Of a DNA stretch of 64,000 nucleotides, positions 9,742 through 19,206 are shown piece by piece (the stretch's first letter is position 1; every line of letters starts with the position of its first letter). The notes below the pieces were generated by a model, which was not told the DNA's origin, ran no database searches, and saw only the letters and a list, made by a program, of their open reading frames with translations. Both the position numbers and the translations under genes were made by a program. Origin of the DNA: Polyangiaceae bacterium (lineage in GTDB: Bacteria > Myxococcota_A > Polyangia > Polyangiales > Polyangiaceae); assembly GCA_033763455.1 (NCBI GenBank), contig JANRKO010000016.1:32001-96000 (forward strand), read 5' to 3'.

Positions 9742-10422
9742 ATGAGCGCGGGTTCCCTGCTTCCGATCAACGTCGCTTGCGACCACCAGCACAACTTGCC
9801 TGGCTTCGATGGCCGCTGCGCATCGCGCATTCTCCCCGGATCTTCGAGTGTTCCCCGCCCACCGAGTGTGCACTGCAGCGCATCCGCTTCTCCCCCATCC
9901 GCATCCGCTCCCCAATCCGCATCTACTCCATCCCCAAACCTGCGTGGGAGGCCACGCTCGCTAGCAGCCTTTCGCGTCGCCGTGTGCTCCCTCGCGCTTT
10001 TTCTTTTCGGCTGTGAATCGCCACGCGTCGACGCTCGCCCCGAGCTATTGGTTCGGGAATTCATCGATCGCATGCGCCGTGTGCACGGTGACCCAATCGC
10101 AGCACGCAGAGCCTACGAACTCCTATGGAGCCAGGCGAAAAGCAATCTCACGGAGCGCGCAAAGCGGGCTACAGCGGTGCTGGGCAAGACAGTGCTGCCG
10201 GAGGAGATGCTCGCGCCTTCGCGCTTTTCCCTCAATTATCGACCGAGAAACTTCCGGGCTCGCGTGCAAGGCAAGTGGTCACTGGTGACCGTGACGGGTG
10301 AAGTCCCAGCAACCCAAAAGACCGAAGTGAAATGTACGCTGGAGGGTGAGCACTGGAGAGTAGCGCTCGAACTGCCTCCGCTCTCGCCGATCCGCAAGCG
10401 CACACCCGAAACGGGCGGCTAA
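9742..10422 (+). CDS. Hypothetical lipoprotein (true start probably downstream)
   Basis: Hydrophobic stretch ending LFGC followed by a compact domain; N-terminal extension is Ser/Pro low complexity. Confidence 0.55.
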   Translation: MSAGSLLPINVACDHQHNLPGFDGRCASRILPGSSSVPRPPSVHCSASASPPSASAPQSASTPSPNLRGRPRSLAAFRVAVCSLALFLFGCESPRVDARPELLVREFIDRMRRVHGDPIAARRAYELLWSQAKSNLTERAKRATAVLGKTVLPEEMLAPSRFSLNYRPRNFRARVQGKWSLVTVTGEVPATQKTEVKCTLEGEHWRVALELPPLSPIRKRTPETGG

Positions 10423-10515
10423 GACCTCAGCGTTTTGTGGCTTCAAACTTCCTTGGCGCCCCTCCGGGCTAAAGATCAGCTGCAACCCTGCCGTTGGAAG
10501 CTCCCGGAGAGCACC

Positions 10516-11709
10516 ATGCAGAGGTTCCAGAAAAAAATTGCCAGCTTACTGATGATTGCTGCGCTCACGCCGGCTTGCAGCAGCGATTCTGCGACGGCCC
10601 CGGGAACCACCGGGGGAAGTGTCGGGGGAGGAGCGCTGGGAAGTACGGGAGGGCTCAAGAATACGGGAGGTAAGCCTGGCCTCGGGAGCGGAGGCATAGG
10701 TTCTCTAGGGGCACCTGCTATGAGCACTGGCGGCAGTCCGAGCGGGTCAGGTGGTGCACTTTCAGGCGTTGGTGGCGCCGGCGCCGGTGGCGGCCATTCG
10801 CTAGATCCCGCTCTCCACTTAACGCTCACCTTGCATCTTGAGAACAAGACTTTTGACGCCGCTTACTTTGCTTCCCTCAATGCGTTTGCTCAGAAGTTCG
10901 AGGCTCACGGCGGCAAGCTCACGTTTGAACCCCGCGATCCTGTGGTGAAAGCAGCCTCCGGCCCACCCGCGCTTCAGGATTGGAAAGCACTTGAAGCGCG
11001 CGGCCACTCAGTGGGATCACACGCCGGCATCGGAGGCGTGGACGCGACCCCGCTCGACACCTTTACCGCCCAAGCAACCCTACGCTACACGCAACTGGCT
11101 CCGCAGGTAACCCGACTCGATCACGTCTCCGGCAACTGCGGAAATGTGGACTGGGTGAAGGGTGTGATCGACGCAGGGTTCAAAGCGACGACCGCCACCA
11201 CGGTGCTGTGCTTATACTCGATGGCCCCCGCAGATCGACCCGCTGAGTATCAAGCTCTCAACTGCAATGGGGCAACCGACCCAACCTGCCATAGCTCCTA
11301 CCCAACGGCTGTCGCAGAGCGAATTCACCCCTGGCGCGCCCTAAGTGGCGCGCAATGGCTTACCGACGATCCAAACGGAAAACTTGTGATATTCCCTGGC
11401 AGCGGAAGCCTGCCTTGTTTGGAAGAGGAGGCCACTTCCACGGGCCAGTCACTGCCGACCTGCACGCTTACCCAGGAAGATGTGACGCGGGCGCTCTCCG
11501 ATCTCGACGCTGCGATTCTGGCGAGAGACAGCGCTAAGCTAAACACGTTCTACTGGGTTTGGGGCAGTTGGTCCTTGACCAGTGGGGAGGAGCCCGTGCT
11601 CGAGGCTCTGCTTTCCGCAATTGATACACGGGTGCAAGAGGGTAAGGTGAAGTGGGCTAACCTGTCCGACATGCTCGACGCGTACGAGGCGTGGGAAGCG
11701 ACTCGCTGA
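10516..11709 (+). CDS. Lipoprotein with Gly/Ser linker and a polysaccharide-deacetylase-like domain
   Basis: GGAG RBS, TPAC lipobox-like, TLHLE, GKLTFE, RGHSVGSH resemble NodB-type barrel motifs. Confidence 0.6.
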   Translation: MQRFQKKIASLLMIAALTPACSSDSATAPGTTGGSVGGGALGSTGGLKNTGGKPGLGSGGIGSLGAPAMSTGGSPSGSGGALSGVGGAGAGGGHSLDPALHLTLTLHLENKTFDAAYFASLNAFAQKFEAHGGKLTFEPRDPVVKAASGPPALQDWKALEARGHSVGSHAGIGGVDATPLDTFTAQATLRYTQLAPQVTRLDHVSGNCGNVDWVKGVIDAGFKATTATTVLCLYSMAPADRPAEYQALNCNGATDPTCHSSYPTAVAERIHPWRALSGAQWLTDDPNGKLVIFPGSGSLPCLEEEATSTGQSLPTCTLTQEDVTRALSDLDAAILARDSAKLNTFYWVWGSWSLTSGEEPVLEALLSAIDTRVQEGKVKWANLSDMLDAYEAWEATR

Positions 11710-11881
11710 CTCGCTTGAGGTCATCCTGCGCGGGTCGCCGCAAGCCGGACTCGGTCGTACACCTTGAAGACCGCGTCCGGCCCACCGTGCGGACCCGTCG
11801 GTTGGGAGAGCTCTTCTTCGAACGCCGGATCTCCAAGCCGTGCCTGGGATTGATCGCGCAACCGACAAGGCAATAAACGCG

Positions 11882-11915
11882 AAAACGGGGCGCCGGGAAG
11901 AACCCGAGGCCCCGT
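11882..11915 (-). terminator. Intrinsic terminator of cdnL
   Basis: ACGGGGC/GCCCCGT stem with inner CGGG/CCCG followed by a T run on the minus strand, 20 nt after the cdnL stop. Confidence 0.65.
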
Positions 11916-11934
11916 CTAAGCAGGATGGGAACGA

Positions 11935-12435
11935 TCAGTTGGTGAAGAAGATCGCTTCGATCTCGTCTTTGACCTGATCTTCGGTTTGTTCGCGAGCGAT
12001 CGCGATTTCCTTAACAATGAGGGTGCGCGCTGTATCCAGCATGCGGCGCTCGCCGAAGGAGAGTTGCTTGCTGGTCTTCAAGCGATAGAGGTCTCGAAGC
12101 ACTTCCGCTACGTCATAGATAGACCCAGTCTTAATCTTATCCATGAACCCGCGGTAGCGACGGTTCCAGGTTTGGGTGTCAAACCCAATCGTGGTTTCCT
12201 TGAGGATATCGAAAATTTCTCGAATCTCTTGCTCGGAGATAACCTGACGCAAACCGACCGCGCCAGCATTCGAAACGGGCACCATGATCTTGCGATCTGT
12301 GTCCAAGATGCGGAGAACATAAAAACGTTGCCGCGACCCGGCGATATCTCGCTCATCGATGCTGATCACTTCAGCCACTCCTTGTGCGGGATAAACTGCC
12401 TTGTCGCCGACCTTGAACTCAACCTGCAGATCCAT
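11935..12435 (-). CDS. cdnL: CarD/CdnL-family RNA-polymerase-binding regulator
   Basis: FKVGDKAVYPAQGV, TWNRRYR, KTGS..VAEVLRDL, LSFGERRMLDTAR; 166 aa with no HMGA tail; AGGAG RBS. Confidence 0.92.
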   Translation of the reverse strand: MDLQVEFKVGDKAVYPAQGVAEVISIDERDIAGSRQRFYVLRILDTDRKIMVPVSNAGAVGLRQVISEQEIREIFDILKETTIGFDTQTWNRRYRGFMDKIKTGSIYDVAEVLRDLYRLKTSKQLSFGERRMLDTARTLIVKEIAIAREQTEDQVKDEIEAIFFTN

Positions 12436-12715
12436 TTGTTACGTTCTCCTTAAACAATGAAATGAGCCGACAGGCCGTGTCTTGCACACAACCACCTGCC
12501 CAAACTGCAATTGGTGCTCACAAGTTGAAATACTTGGGAGCTTTGGAACTTCTCTGACCTAAGCGAACCTGCCTTAACCGTTGTATCCAGGACTTCATTC
12601 CGCGGTGCCATTGGTGCAGAAACTTTTTTTGCCCTGGGCCCCCACCTGTGGTTCTATCGAAAGGGAGGGGTGGGAGTGACTCGCCAGATTTTGGTCAGGA
12701 GCCGCCAGGCGCGGA

Positions 12716-12744
12716 ACTGTACTTATAGTGGGGCCGGGTGTCAA
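12716..12744 (-). promoter_or_regulatory. sigma70/sigmaA promoter upstream of cdnL
   Basis: Minus strand TTGACA-N17-TACAGT. Confidence 0.7.
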
Positions 12745-12915
12745 GGGAATATGACATTTTCCCACTCCACTGTTGCGCTTATGCATCAAGAATTAGATGT
12801 TTAGCACGTTCTTCGAGCATGCGCCCGTCGCCGCTGACCTCGCGACCCTACAACAATTGTCCAGTAACGGTGGTTTCGCCCACAAAACAAGCGCGGAGGC
12901 TCCGCGTGTCTGCAA

Positions 12916-13839
12916 TTAGCCTGAGCTTGTCAGCTCTTGTGCAAGCCCCCACCGTACTCCTCTGGCGGAAACCTGCAGATTTTGGGCGCCAGCGTAGGAG
13001 AGGGCCATTTGAAGAATACAGGCACCGGCCACTATTACGTCGGCGCGGCCTGGGTTCATTCCCACGAGCGCCTCGCGGGCGTTAACTGGAATACGCGAAA
13101 GCTCGGCCAAACAAAGATTCAGTTCGTCGAGCGTGAGCTCCGTTCCGTGGAGGGCGTTGGCATCGAATCGTGAATGCTTTCGGATAACTGAAGCGAGGGT
13201 TGTTACCGTACCTGCTACGCCGACGACTGTGCCGACCTTGCCCGGCAACCCCACGGCGGCCAACTCGCGATCCACGTCGCGACGCAGCGCTTCAAGCTCT
13301 GCCTTCGTTGGGGGATCGGACGCCACGTGGCGCTCGGTGAGGCGGACGCTCCCAATGTTGAGGCTCACGAGCGACTGCACCGTGTGCAAGCCCGAGTTGC
13401 ACTCTCCAACAATAAACTCGGTGCTACCGCCACCAATATCAATCACCAGCACCCGCCCGCTTACCGACAAACCGGACAGGGCACCCGAAAAGGCAAGCCG
13501 TGCCTCGCGCTCCCCACTGATGACCTCAACGGGTACCGCCAAGAGCTCTTGAGCGCGCACCAGGAACTCCTCTGCCCCAAGTGCATCCCTGAGCGCGCTT
13601 GTGCCGACAACGGCGAGCTGCTCAACGTGAAGCTCTGTGAGGATCCGCCGGTATTCGCGCAAACACTCAAGCGTGCGCTCCACAGCGGGAGCGGCCAAAC
13701 GTCGCGACTTATCGACGCCCTGACCCAACCGAGTGACGGTGGAGATTTCTCGTTGGGGCAACAAAACGCCCCCCACCTGTTCGGTAACGAGCAAAAGAAC
13801 CGAGTTGGTTCCGATGTCGATCGTGCCAACTCGCGCCAT
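12916..13839 (-). CDS. ppx: Ppx/GppA exopolyphosphatase
   Basis: IDIGTNS, GTSALRDA, ISGEREARL, IDIGGGSTE, GVAGT, GRADVI. Confidence 0.9.
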   Translation of the reverse strand: MARVGTIDIGTNSVLLLVTEQVGGVLLPQREISTVTRLGQGVDKSRRLAAPAVERTLECLREYRRILTELHVEQLAVVGTSALRDALGAEEFLVRAQELLAVPVEVISGEREARLAFSGALSGLSVSGRVLVIDIGGGSTEFIVGECNSGLHTVQSLVSLNIGSVRLTERHVASDPPTKAELEALRRDVDRELAAVGLPGKVGTVVGVAGTVTTLASVIRKHSRFDANALHGTELTLDELNLCLAELSRIPVNAREALVGMNPGRADVIVAGACILQMALSYAGAQNLQVSARGVRWGLAQELTSSG

Positions 13840-13849
13840 TCCGAATCGT

Positions 13850-14662
13850 TTACTTGATGAAGCTATTTAGGTTGAGCATCTCTTCGACGTTCGGCTGCAC
13901 CACGAGCTCCACGCGCCGATTCTTGGTGCGGCCGTCATCGGTGCCGTTGTCCGCCACCGGATCCGTGTCCGCGTAGCCTGCGGCGCTCCAATTGGCCCTC
14001 GGCAACCCTCCACCTTTATCTTCGAGCGTCGAGGTGAGGAGATTCAAGACGGAGCGCGCGCGCATTGCCGAAAGACCCCAATTGTCCTTGAAAGCACCAC
14101 CCATGAGCGGCTTAGCATCGGTGTGACCCGCAACCTGAAACTGGCGCTTGATGAGATCTGCATCTCCGCGAATCACCTCCGCCACCTTCAGCAAAATCAT
14201 CTCCCCATCGGGCTTCAGCTTGTCTTTCCCAGAATCGAACAAAACATCGCCCGGCAGCTGAATGAGCATGCGATTGTTTCGCACCTCCACCTTCAGGCCA
14301 AGCTCGGTGAGTTTCTGCAGCTTCTCGCGCAGAGCGTCAAAACGCTTGCGGATCTGCTCCAATTGTTCCGCCCGACGCTTGAACTCCTCCAGAGCTTTTC
14401 TCTGCTGCTCAAGGCTCGCGCTCAGGTTATCAAGGTTCACACCACGCTCGGTGAGCTGGCGCTTCAACTCGTCAATCTCGGAAAGCGCAGCTGCGTAGTC
14501 GTCTTCGGCTTTCTTGTGTGCCTGCTGCTGAACCGCCAGTTGCGCCCGAAGGCTGTCCCCTTCACGGACTTTCTGGTCCCATTCCTCCTGTGAATATCCG
14601 CACCCAGCTAGGAATGAGAGAGCGAGAACAGCGGGTATCCATCGGGTGGCGCAGGGGAGCAT
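13850..14662 (-). CDS. OmpA/MotB-domain lipoprotein with coiled coil
   Basis: LAGC lipobox, heptad region, VLFDSG, AGHTD, NWGLSAMRA, NRRVEL. Confidence 0.88.
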   Translation of the reverse strand: MLPCATRWIPAVLALSFLAGCGYSQEEWDQKVREGDSLRAQLAVQQQAHKKAEDDYAAALSEIDELKRQLTERGVNLDNLSASLEQQRKALEEFKRRAEQLEQIRKRFDALREKLQKLTELGLKVEVRNNRMLIQLPGDVLFDSGKDKLKPDGEMILLKVAEVIRGDADLIKRQFQVAGHTDAKPLMGGAFKDNWGLSAMRARSVLNLLTSTLEDKGGGLPRANWSAAGYADTDPVADNGTDDGRTKNRRVELVVQPNVEEMLNLNSFIK

Positions 14663-14868
14663 GCGAAATTTCCTCGGTTGATGGGGCCAAAGTGGCCGGC
14701 CCCCGAGCGGCTAGCCCGCGGGCATAGCGAGCGTCAAGTCCCGGAAACTTCCCAAGTTTCGGACCATCGGATGGCGGCGCAACGCACCTCCGGAGGGGTC
14801 GCCCCTCCACCATCACCGGCGTGGCGACCGACAAACCCGAATCCAGCGACTTTCCTCCAAATTTGAGG

Positions 14869-14898
14869 TTGACGCCTGGCACTAGATTGCCATATACA
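14869..14898 (+). promoter_or_regulatory. Candidate promoter with an inverted repeat in the spacer
   Basis: TTGACG-N18-TATACA; TGGCA-N6-TGCCA at 14877-14892. Confidence 0.4.
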
Positions 14899-14958
14899 CA
14901 TTGTAACGTACTTCGGCCCACCTGATGACCAGGGCTGGAAGCCTTTTGGAGGAAACAC

Positions 14959-15189
14959 ATGGCAAAGAAATCAGCACCGGCTGCTAAAGCCGCACCCAAG
15001 ACCCGCACCAAGTCTGCAAAGAAGCCCGCTGCTGCGAAGGCACCCAAAGTTGCGAAGGCCCCCAAGGCCAAGGCAGCTAAAGCCGCCAAGCCCGCTGCTG
15101 CGAAGAAGCCCGCCGCTGCGAAGAAGCCCGCTGCTGCGAAGAAGCCTGCTGCGAAGAAGCCCGCTGCAGCTCGCGCCAAGAAGGCGTAA
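14959..15189 (+). CDS. Small histone H1-like Lys/Ala/Pro-rich basic protein
   Basis: GGAGGA RBS, 76 aa, no acidic residues, KKPAAA repeats encoded by 18-nt units. Confidence 0.8.
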   Translation: MAKKSAPAAKAAPKTRTKSAKKPAAAKAPKVAKAPKAKAAKAAKPAAAKKPAAAKKPAAAKKPAAKKPAAARAKKA

Positions 15190-15308
15190 CTTCAAAGTCT
15201 TTCAAGACACGCCAGGCCGGGTGTCGCACGAGTATTCCCTCGGTGCGTGCCCGGCCTAGTTGTTTTTGTGCGATCCACGGGTTTTGGCGCGAAGCACAAC
15301 TTCCAACC

Positions 15309-16898
15309 TCAAGCAGCCTGTTCGCCCAAGTACAAGCGCAAAGAGCCCGCAGCCTCCCGTCGATCGAAAGGCACATTTTCCAGCACTTCGCGCTTGGAGA
15401 TTTCGTCAAACAACTCCACCAAGAAGCGATAAAACTCGTGGCACTCCTCAATGGCTCCGTTTAGACGGATCTGATCAACGAGATCAGTATCGCTCAGGCT
15501 CTCCATCGCTGCCATAAACGCGTCGAATCGAGGATAGTCGGCGGCCCGCAACAGTGGGTAACCCATCGCACGAAAGTAAGCGAGGAACTCACGCACATAC
15601 TGGAGCCCGTAGGACTTTTCCCAGAGATCTTCGGGCGGGCTCTGTTCGGCTTTGGAGGCAAATGCTCGCACGATCTGCGCGAACATCCACACATCACGGC
15701 GTAAACGCTCACTCGTCTCACGCCGAGCAGCTTCATCGTCGAACACGCTGTCTGGCTCAAGGCTTGCGCCGAGAGCCTTGCCCAAGAATAACACCGTATT
15801 GAGAAGCGCGGGCCTCAGGTTGAGCAGCACCCGTTGAAGAGCAGCTCTAAATTCAGCCTCCGATGCCCCCTGCTCAATTGAAGGCAAATCATGCTGAAAC
15901 GCGCGGCGCATTTCGAGCCGCACGGTGGCAGCGATGCCCTCAAGCGCCGCTTTGATCGCAATGATGCGATGCCCTGCCGCACGCAGCTCACTCGCACGTT
16001 GCACTATTTCCGATGCCGGCACGTTCAGTAGATCGTTGGCAAAGCTCTCCGCGAGTAGCTCACCCGATCTGCGCCGCAAGTGATCGGTTAGGGCTCGCGC
16101 ATCGGAACGCAGAACCGAAAGAATCAAATATCCGCGGCTAGCCAGGCGGCGTTTCTTGACCGACGGCTCGCTGGCGACTCGCTGCAATAGGCGCACGTAC
16201 CGCAGCATGCGAAACAGCGATAAGAACGTGAGCGCCACTAGCTGGTGCGCCTTCTCTCCAGAAACGCCACGAATCAGCTCCAGCACGTGTGGCGACTTGA
16301 TACGATCGAACTCCGGCCGGAACTCCAGCGCGCGCATGGGGTTGAAGTAAACATTCCGCCCTACTTCGCGCTGGACGGACGTAAGCGCCGCATAAAACAG
16401 CCGAAAAGGCACCCGTTGCGTGCGCACGATGCCTTCTAACACCTCATGCGCCGTACTCAGACCATGGCGAAGCGTTATCAGGCTATCTACGGGGGATGAT
16501 TGATCTGTGCCTTCGCGCATCAGGCGAGTTCGTGCATTATCTTCCGGAAGCACCGTTTCAAGGTAACGATGGAACACATAGGCGCGATCTCTACTACCAA
16601 GCAGGCCACGTGCAAGCGTGATGGCTCTATGCAGCCCTTCACGATACAACACGGTGGCTTCCCGAAAGTCCTGCGCCATTGCAGATTCCCGCTTCGGGGA
16701 CCCAGGATGGTTGCGCGGGTTGGCAAAACACGCCGAAGCCTTCAGCAGCACCTCAAGTTCAAAAAGCAGCTCTTCTTTGCCCTCCTGCGGCAGCGTCGCA
16801 AACCAACGGTCGCGTGAGAGCCGCTGCTCCCGCTCCAACTCGCGGGTGGCACTGAGCAGGTGGGTATAGGCGTCTTTGGGATCCGTGACGTCCAGCAC
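15309..16898 (-). CDS. Hypothetical cytoplasmic alpha-helical protein
   Basis: 529-aa ORF with protein-like composition; no recognised motif. Confidence 0.75.
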   Translation of the reverse strand: MLDVTDPKDAYTHLLSATRELEREQRLSRDRWFATLPQEGKEELLFELEVLLKASACFANPRNHPGSPKRESAMAQDFREATVLYREGLHRAITLARGLLGSRDRAYVFHRYLETVLPEDNARTRLMREGTDQSSPVDSLITLRHGLSTAHEVLEGIVRTQRVPFRLFYAALTSVQREVGRNVYFNPMRALEFRPEFDRIKSPHVLELIRGVSGEKAHQLVALTFLSLFRMLRYVRLLQRVASEPSVKKRRLASRGYLILSVLRSDARALTDHLRRRSGELLAESFANDLLNVPASEIVQRASELRAAGHRIIAIKAALEGIAATVRLEMRRAFQHDLPSIEQGASEAEFRAALQRVLLNLRPALLNTVLFLGKALGASLEPDSVFDDEAARRETSERLRRDVWMFAQIVRAFASKAEQSPPEDLWEKSYGLQYVREFLAYFRAMGYPLLRAADYPRFDAFMAAMESLSDTDLVDQIRLNGAIEECHEFYRFLVELFDEISKREVLENVPFDRREAAGSLRLYLGEQAA

Positions 16899-16991
16899 TC
16901 CGAAGAGAGTACCATAGGCCCCTGGGCGGCACTATTTCCGATGGGGTGGATGCGCCAATGGTGCGCTTTTTGGTTTTGACGGCCTATAGCA

Positions 16992-17597
16992 TCATGAGGC
17001 GCGCAAAAACGGCTGCCACTCTTCGTACGGAGCGCGCGTGGCCATCAGAATATGTGCAGCGGTAGACCAATGTGGTTCGGCAGGAGGCCGTGCCAGGCCC
17101 ATGCCCGCTTCCTCAGGAGTACGCCGACCCTTCTTTAAGTTGCAGCTCCGGCAAGATACGACCAAATTCTCCCATGTCTCACGGCCACCCCGCGAGCGGG
17201 GCACCACGTGATCAAGATTCAGCTCACGCACCCCAGGCCGCCGCAAACAATACTGACACTGGTGATCATCCCGCAACAGCAGGTTTCTTCGCGTGAGCCG
17301 GATCTTGACGCGCGGAAAGCGATCATACCCCAGCAGGTGGAGCACCCGGGGCATCCTTAGCTGGCCACTCACCAGCGGCACGACATCATCCTCAGCGCGA
17401 ATGGGCAACTTGAGCCAGTGCTCGAAATCGTAGGCATGCCCATCAGAATCCACGGCGTGTGCGCCACCGCAGTAGAGCAACACTAGGCCCCGTCGCGCGC
17501 TTGCGATGCTCACCGGCGCGTAATAACGGTTCAGGAGCAGCACTGGAGCCGAAAGCCCACTGGGGCTCTGACTTGGCTGTGCGTGACCGCCCTTCAT
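16992..17597 (-). CDS. HNH endonuclease (McrA-like)
   Basis: LLRDDHQCQYC, LDHVVPRSRGG..WENLVVSCRSCNLKKG; AGGGGAG before ATG 17597. Confidence 0.9.
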   Translation of the reverse strand: MKGGHAQPSQSPSGLSAPVLLLNRYYAPVSIASARRGLVLLYCGGAHAVDSDGHAYDFEHWLKLPIRAEDDVVPLVSGQLRMPRVLHLLGYDRFPRVKIRLTRRNLLLRDDHQCQYCLRRPGVRELNLDHVVPRSRGGRETWENLVVSCRSCNLKKGRRTPEEAGMGLARPPAEPHWSTAAHILMATRAPYEEWQPFLRAS

Positions 17598-17808
17598 ACC
17601 GTACTCCCCTAAAGATAGCACCAATCCACTCCGCTCGGGAGTCCCGTTCGGGTCACGGCTTCTTGGAACCCTTGTTGGAACCCTCGACCCGCGACCGTGC
17701 TTCGGGTTATGTCGAGGTTCCGTGCGCCCCGCGAAACTTCCCGAATCCGACGCCCCGCGTTTCGACCATCGAAACCTTCTCTCGATACCCCGTATACCCC
17801 TGGCGCCC

Positions 17809-19206
17809 GTGCGCCTGCACGCCCGCCGCTGCGTGAACGTTGTTGGCCTAGCTTTTTCCCTACTTGGCCTCGCATGTGGGAGCCCCGCACCAGCTCCCTC
17901 CGCCTACCCGGAGACTGCCAACAAGTGGTTCACGCGCGCTCAGAAAAGCTTCGCAGCGGGGGACATGGAAGATGCAAGGGATGCTGTGGAAAACGCCCTT
18001 CGCGTCACACCCGAACGCGAAGATGCGCGCATCTTGGCTGCCAAGGTAGCCCTCGCCGGACTGGAATTTGACCGGGTTTTGCAGCTGCTTTCGGGCATAG
18101 ATACCAGCGATGCACGATCGCTCAGGGGGCGAGCGCTCTGGTATTCATTGAAGATTGACGAAGCCGCTGATGAGCTTGAACTCTTGCTTTCAGATCCAGA
18201 GGTGCGAGACCCATGGGCGAAGGAAATCGCTGGCCTTGCACGCAGGGGCCAGGGGCGCACGCCGTTCGAGTTTAGCGGGGGCCTGTTGGCCGTCACCGAA
18301 ATGCCACGCGTTGGGGGCACGTCATTTCTCGTTCCGCTCGAACTCAACGGTGAGCAAGCGCTGGCTATGATCGCTACGGGCTCCGGGGAAGCTGTAGTGG
18401 ATGCGAGCCAAGGGGCCAATTCGGGCTTCATTTCCCTACGTTTTGGGGAACGCCTAGAGGTGAGGGACGTGCCGGCGGTGGCTCGGGATCTTTCGGGCAT
18501 TAGCCGCGAAGTGAATGCGCCTGTGAAACTACTGATCGGCATGAATCTGCTGCGGCATCTGCACGCTACGGTGGATTTTGTTGGCAGCCAATTTGTAGTG
18601 CGCACCTTTGAACCCCCCCCGCCTCCTGTGGCCACGAGTGTCCGCTTGGATTACTTGCGGGGTGGCGGCATGCTCGTCTTGGCGGGCCTCGGAAAAGAAT
18701 CTACGGCGGCGCCGCTTGCACTCTTGATAGACACCGCCCAAAGCTTCCCCGTAGCGCTCGATGCGGAGGGCTGGGCGAAGACGGGCACCGCACCCCACGC
18801 AATGAAGCAGCTCGAAGGTAGCCCGACGCTGCAGCACGCGACCCTTCCTATCTTCAAGCTTGGCGCATTTGAGCTGCCAGGAGTGCCCGGCGTTAAAGGG
18901 GTCCCCATGGGGGACGTCGAGAAGACACTCGGCGTCAACGTCGACGGCGTGATTGGTTCCGGCTTGCTTGCCAACTTCCGCATCACCTTCGCTGACAGCG
19001 CCAAGACTCTGTGGCTCGAACCCCTCCCCATGCTGGGCCCAGAAATGCCGCAAGAACCAGCACCCCGAGAGGTAGGCGCCGAGCCAAGCGAGGCCGGAAA
19101 GCCGGCGGGCGCCGCCCCAGGAGCTCCTCCGCCGTCCCCCCAAGAAGCGTCGGAGCCAACCTCGCCCGCCCCCACTCCCACGTCCCCGGTGGCTCCTCAT
19201 GGTTAG
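17809..19206 (+). CDS. TPR lipoprotein with two retropepsin-like (aspartyl protease) domains
   Basis: GLAC lipobox, TPR helices, IATGS...LLIGMNLL and IDTA...GVIGSGLL; Pro-rich tail; start uncertain. Confidence 0.65.
   Translation: MRLHARRCVNVVGLAFSLLGLACGSPAPAPSAYPETANKWFTRAQKSFAAGDMEDARDAVENALRVTPEREDARILAAKVALAGLEFDRVLQLLSGIDTSDARSLRGRALWYSLKIDEAADELELLLSDPEVRDPWAKEIAGLARRGQGRTPFEFSGGLLAVTEMPRVGGTSFLVPLELNGEQALAMIATGSGEAVVDASQGANSGFISLRFGERLEVRDVPAVARDLSGISREVNAPVKLLIGMNLLRHLHATVDFVGSQFVVRTFEPPPPPVATSVRLDYLRGGGMLVLAGLGKESTAAPLALLIDTAQSFPVALDAEGWAKTGTAPHAMKQLEGSPTLQHATLPIFKLGAFELPGVPGVKGVPMGDVEKTLGVNVDGVIGSGLLANFRITFADSAKTLWLEPLPMLGPEMPQEPAPREVGAEPSEAGKPAGAAPGAPPPSPQEASEPTSPAPTPTSPVAPHG

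Noticed and set aside
14877..14890. sigma54 promoter TGGCAC..TTGC
   Set aside because: GG-N9-GC spacing; sigma54 requires N10
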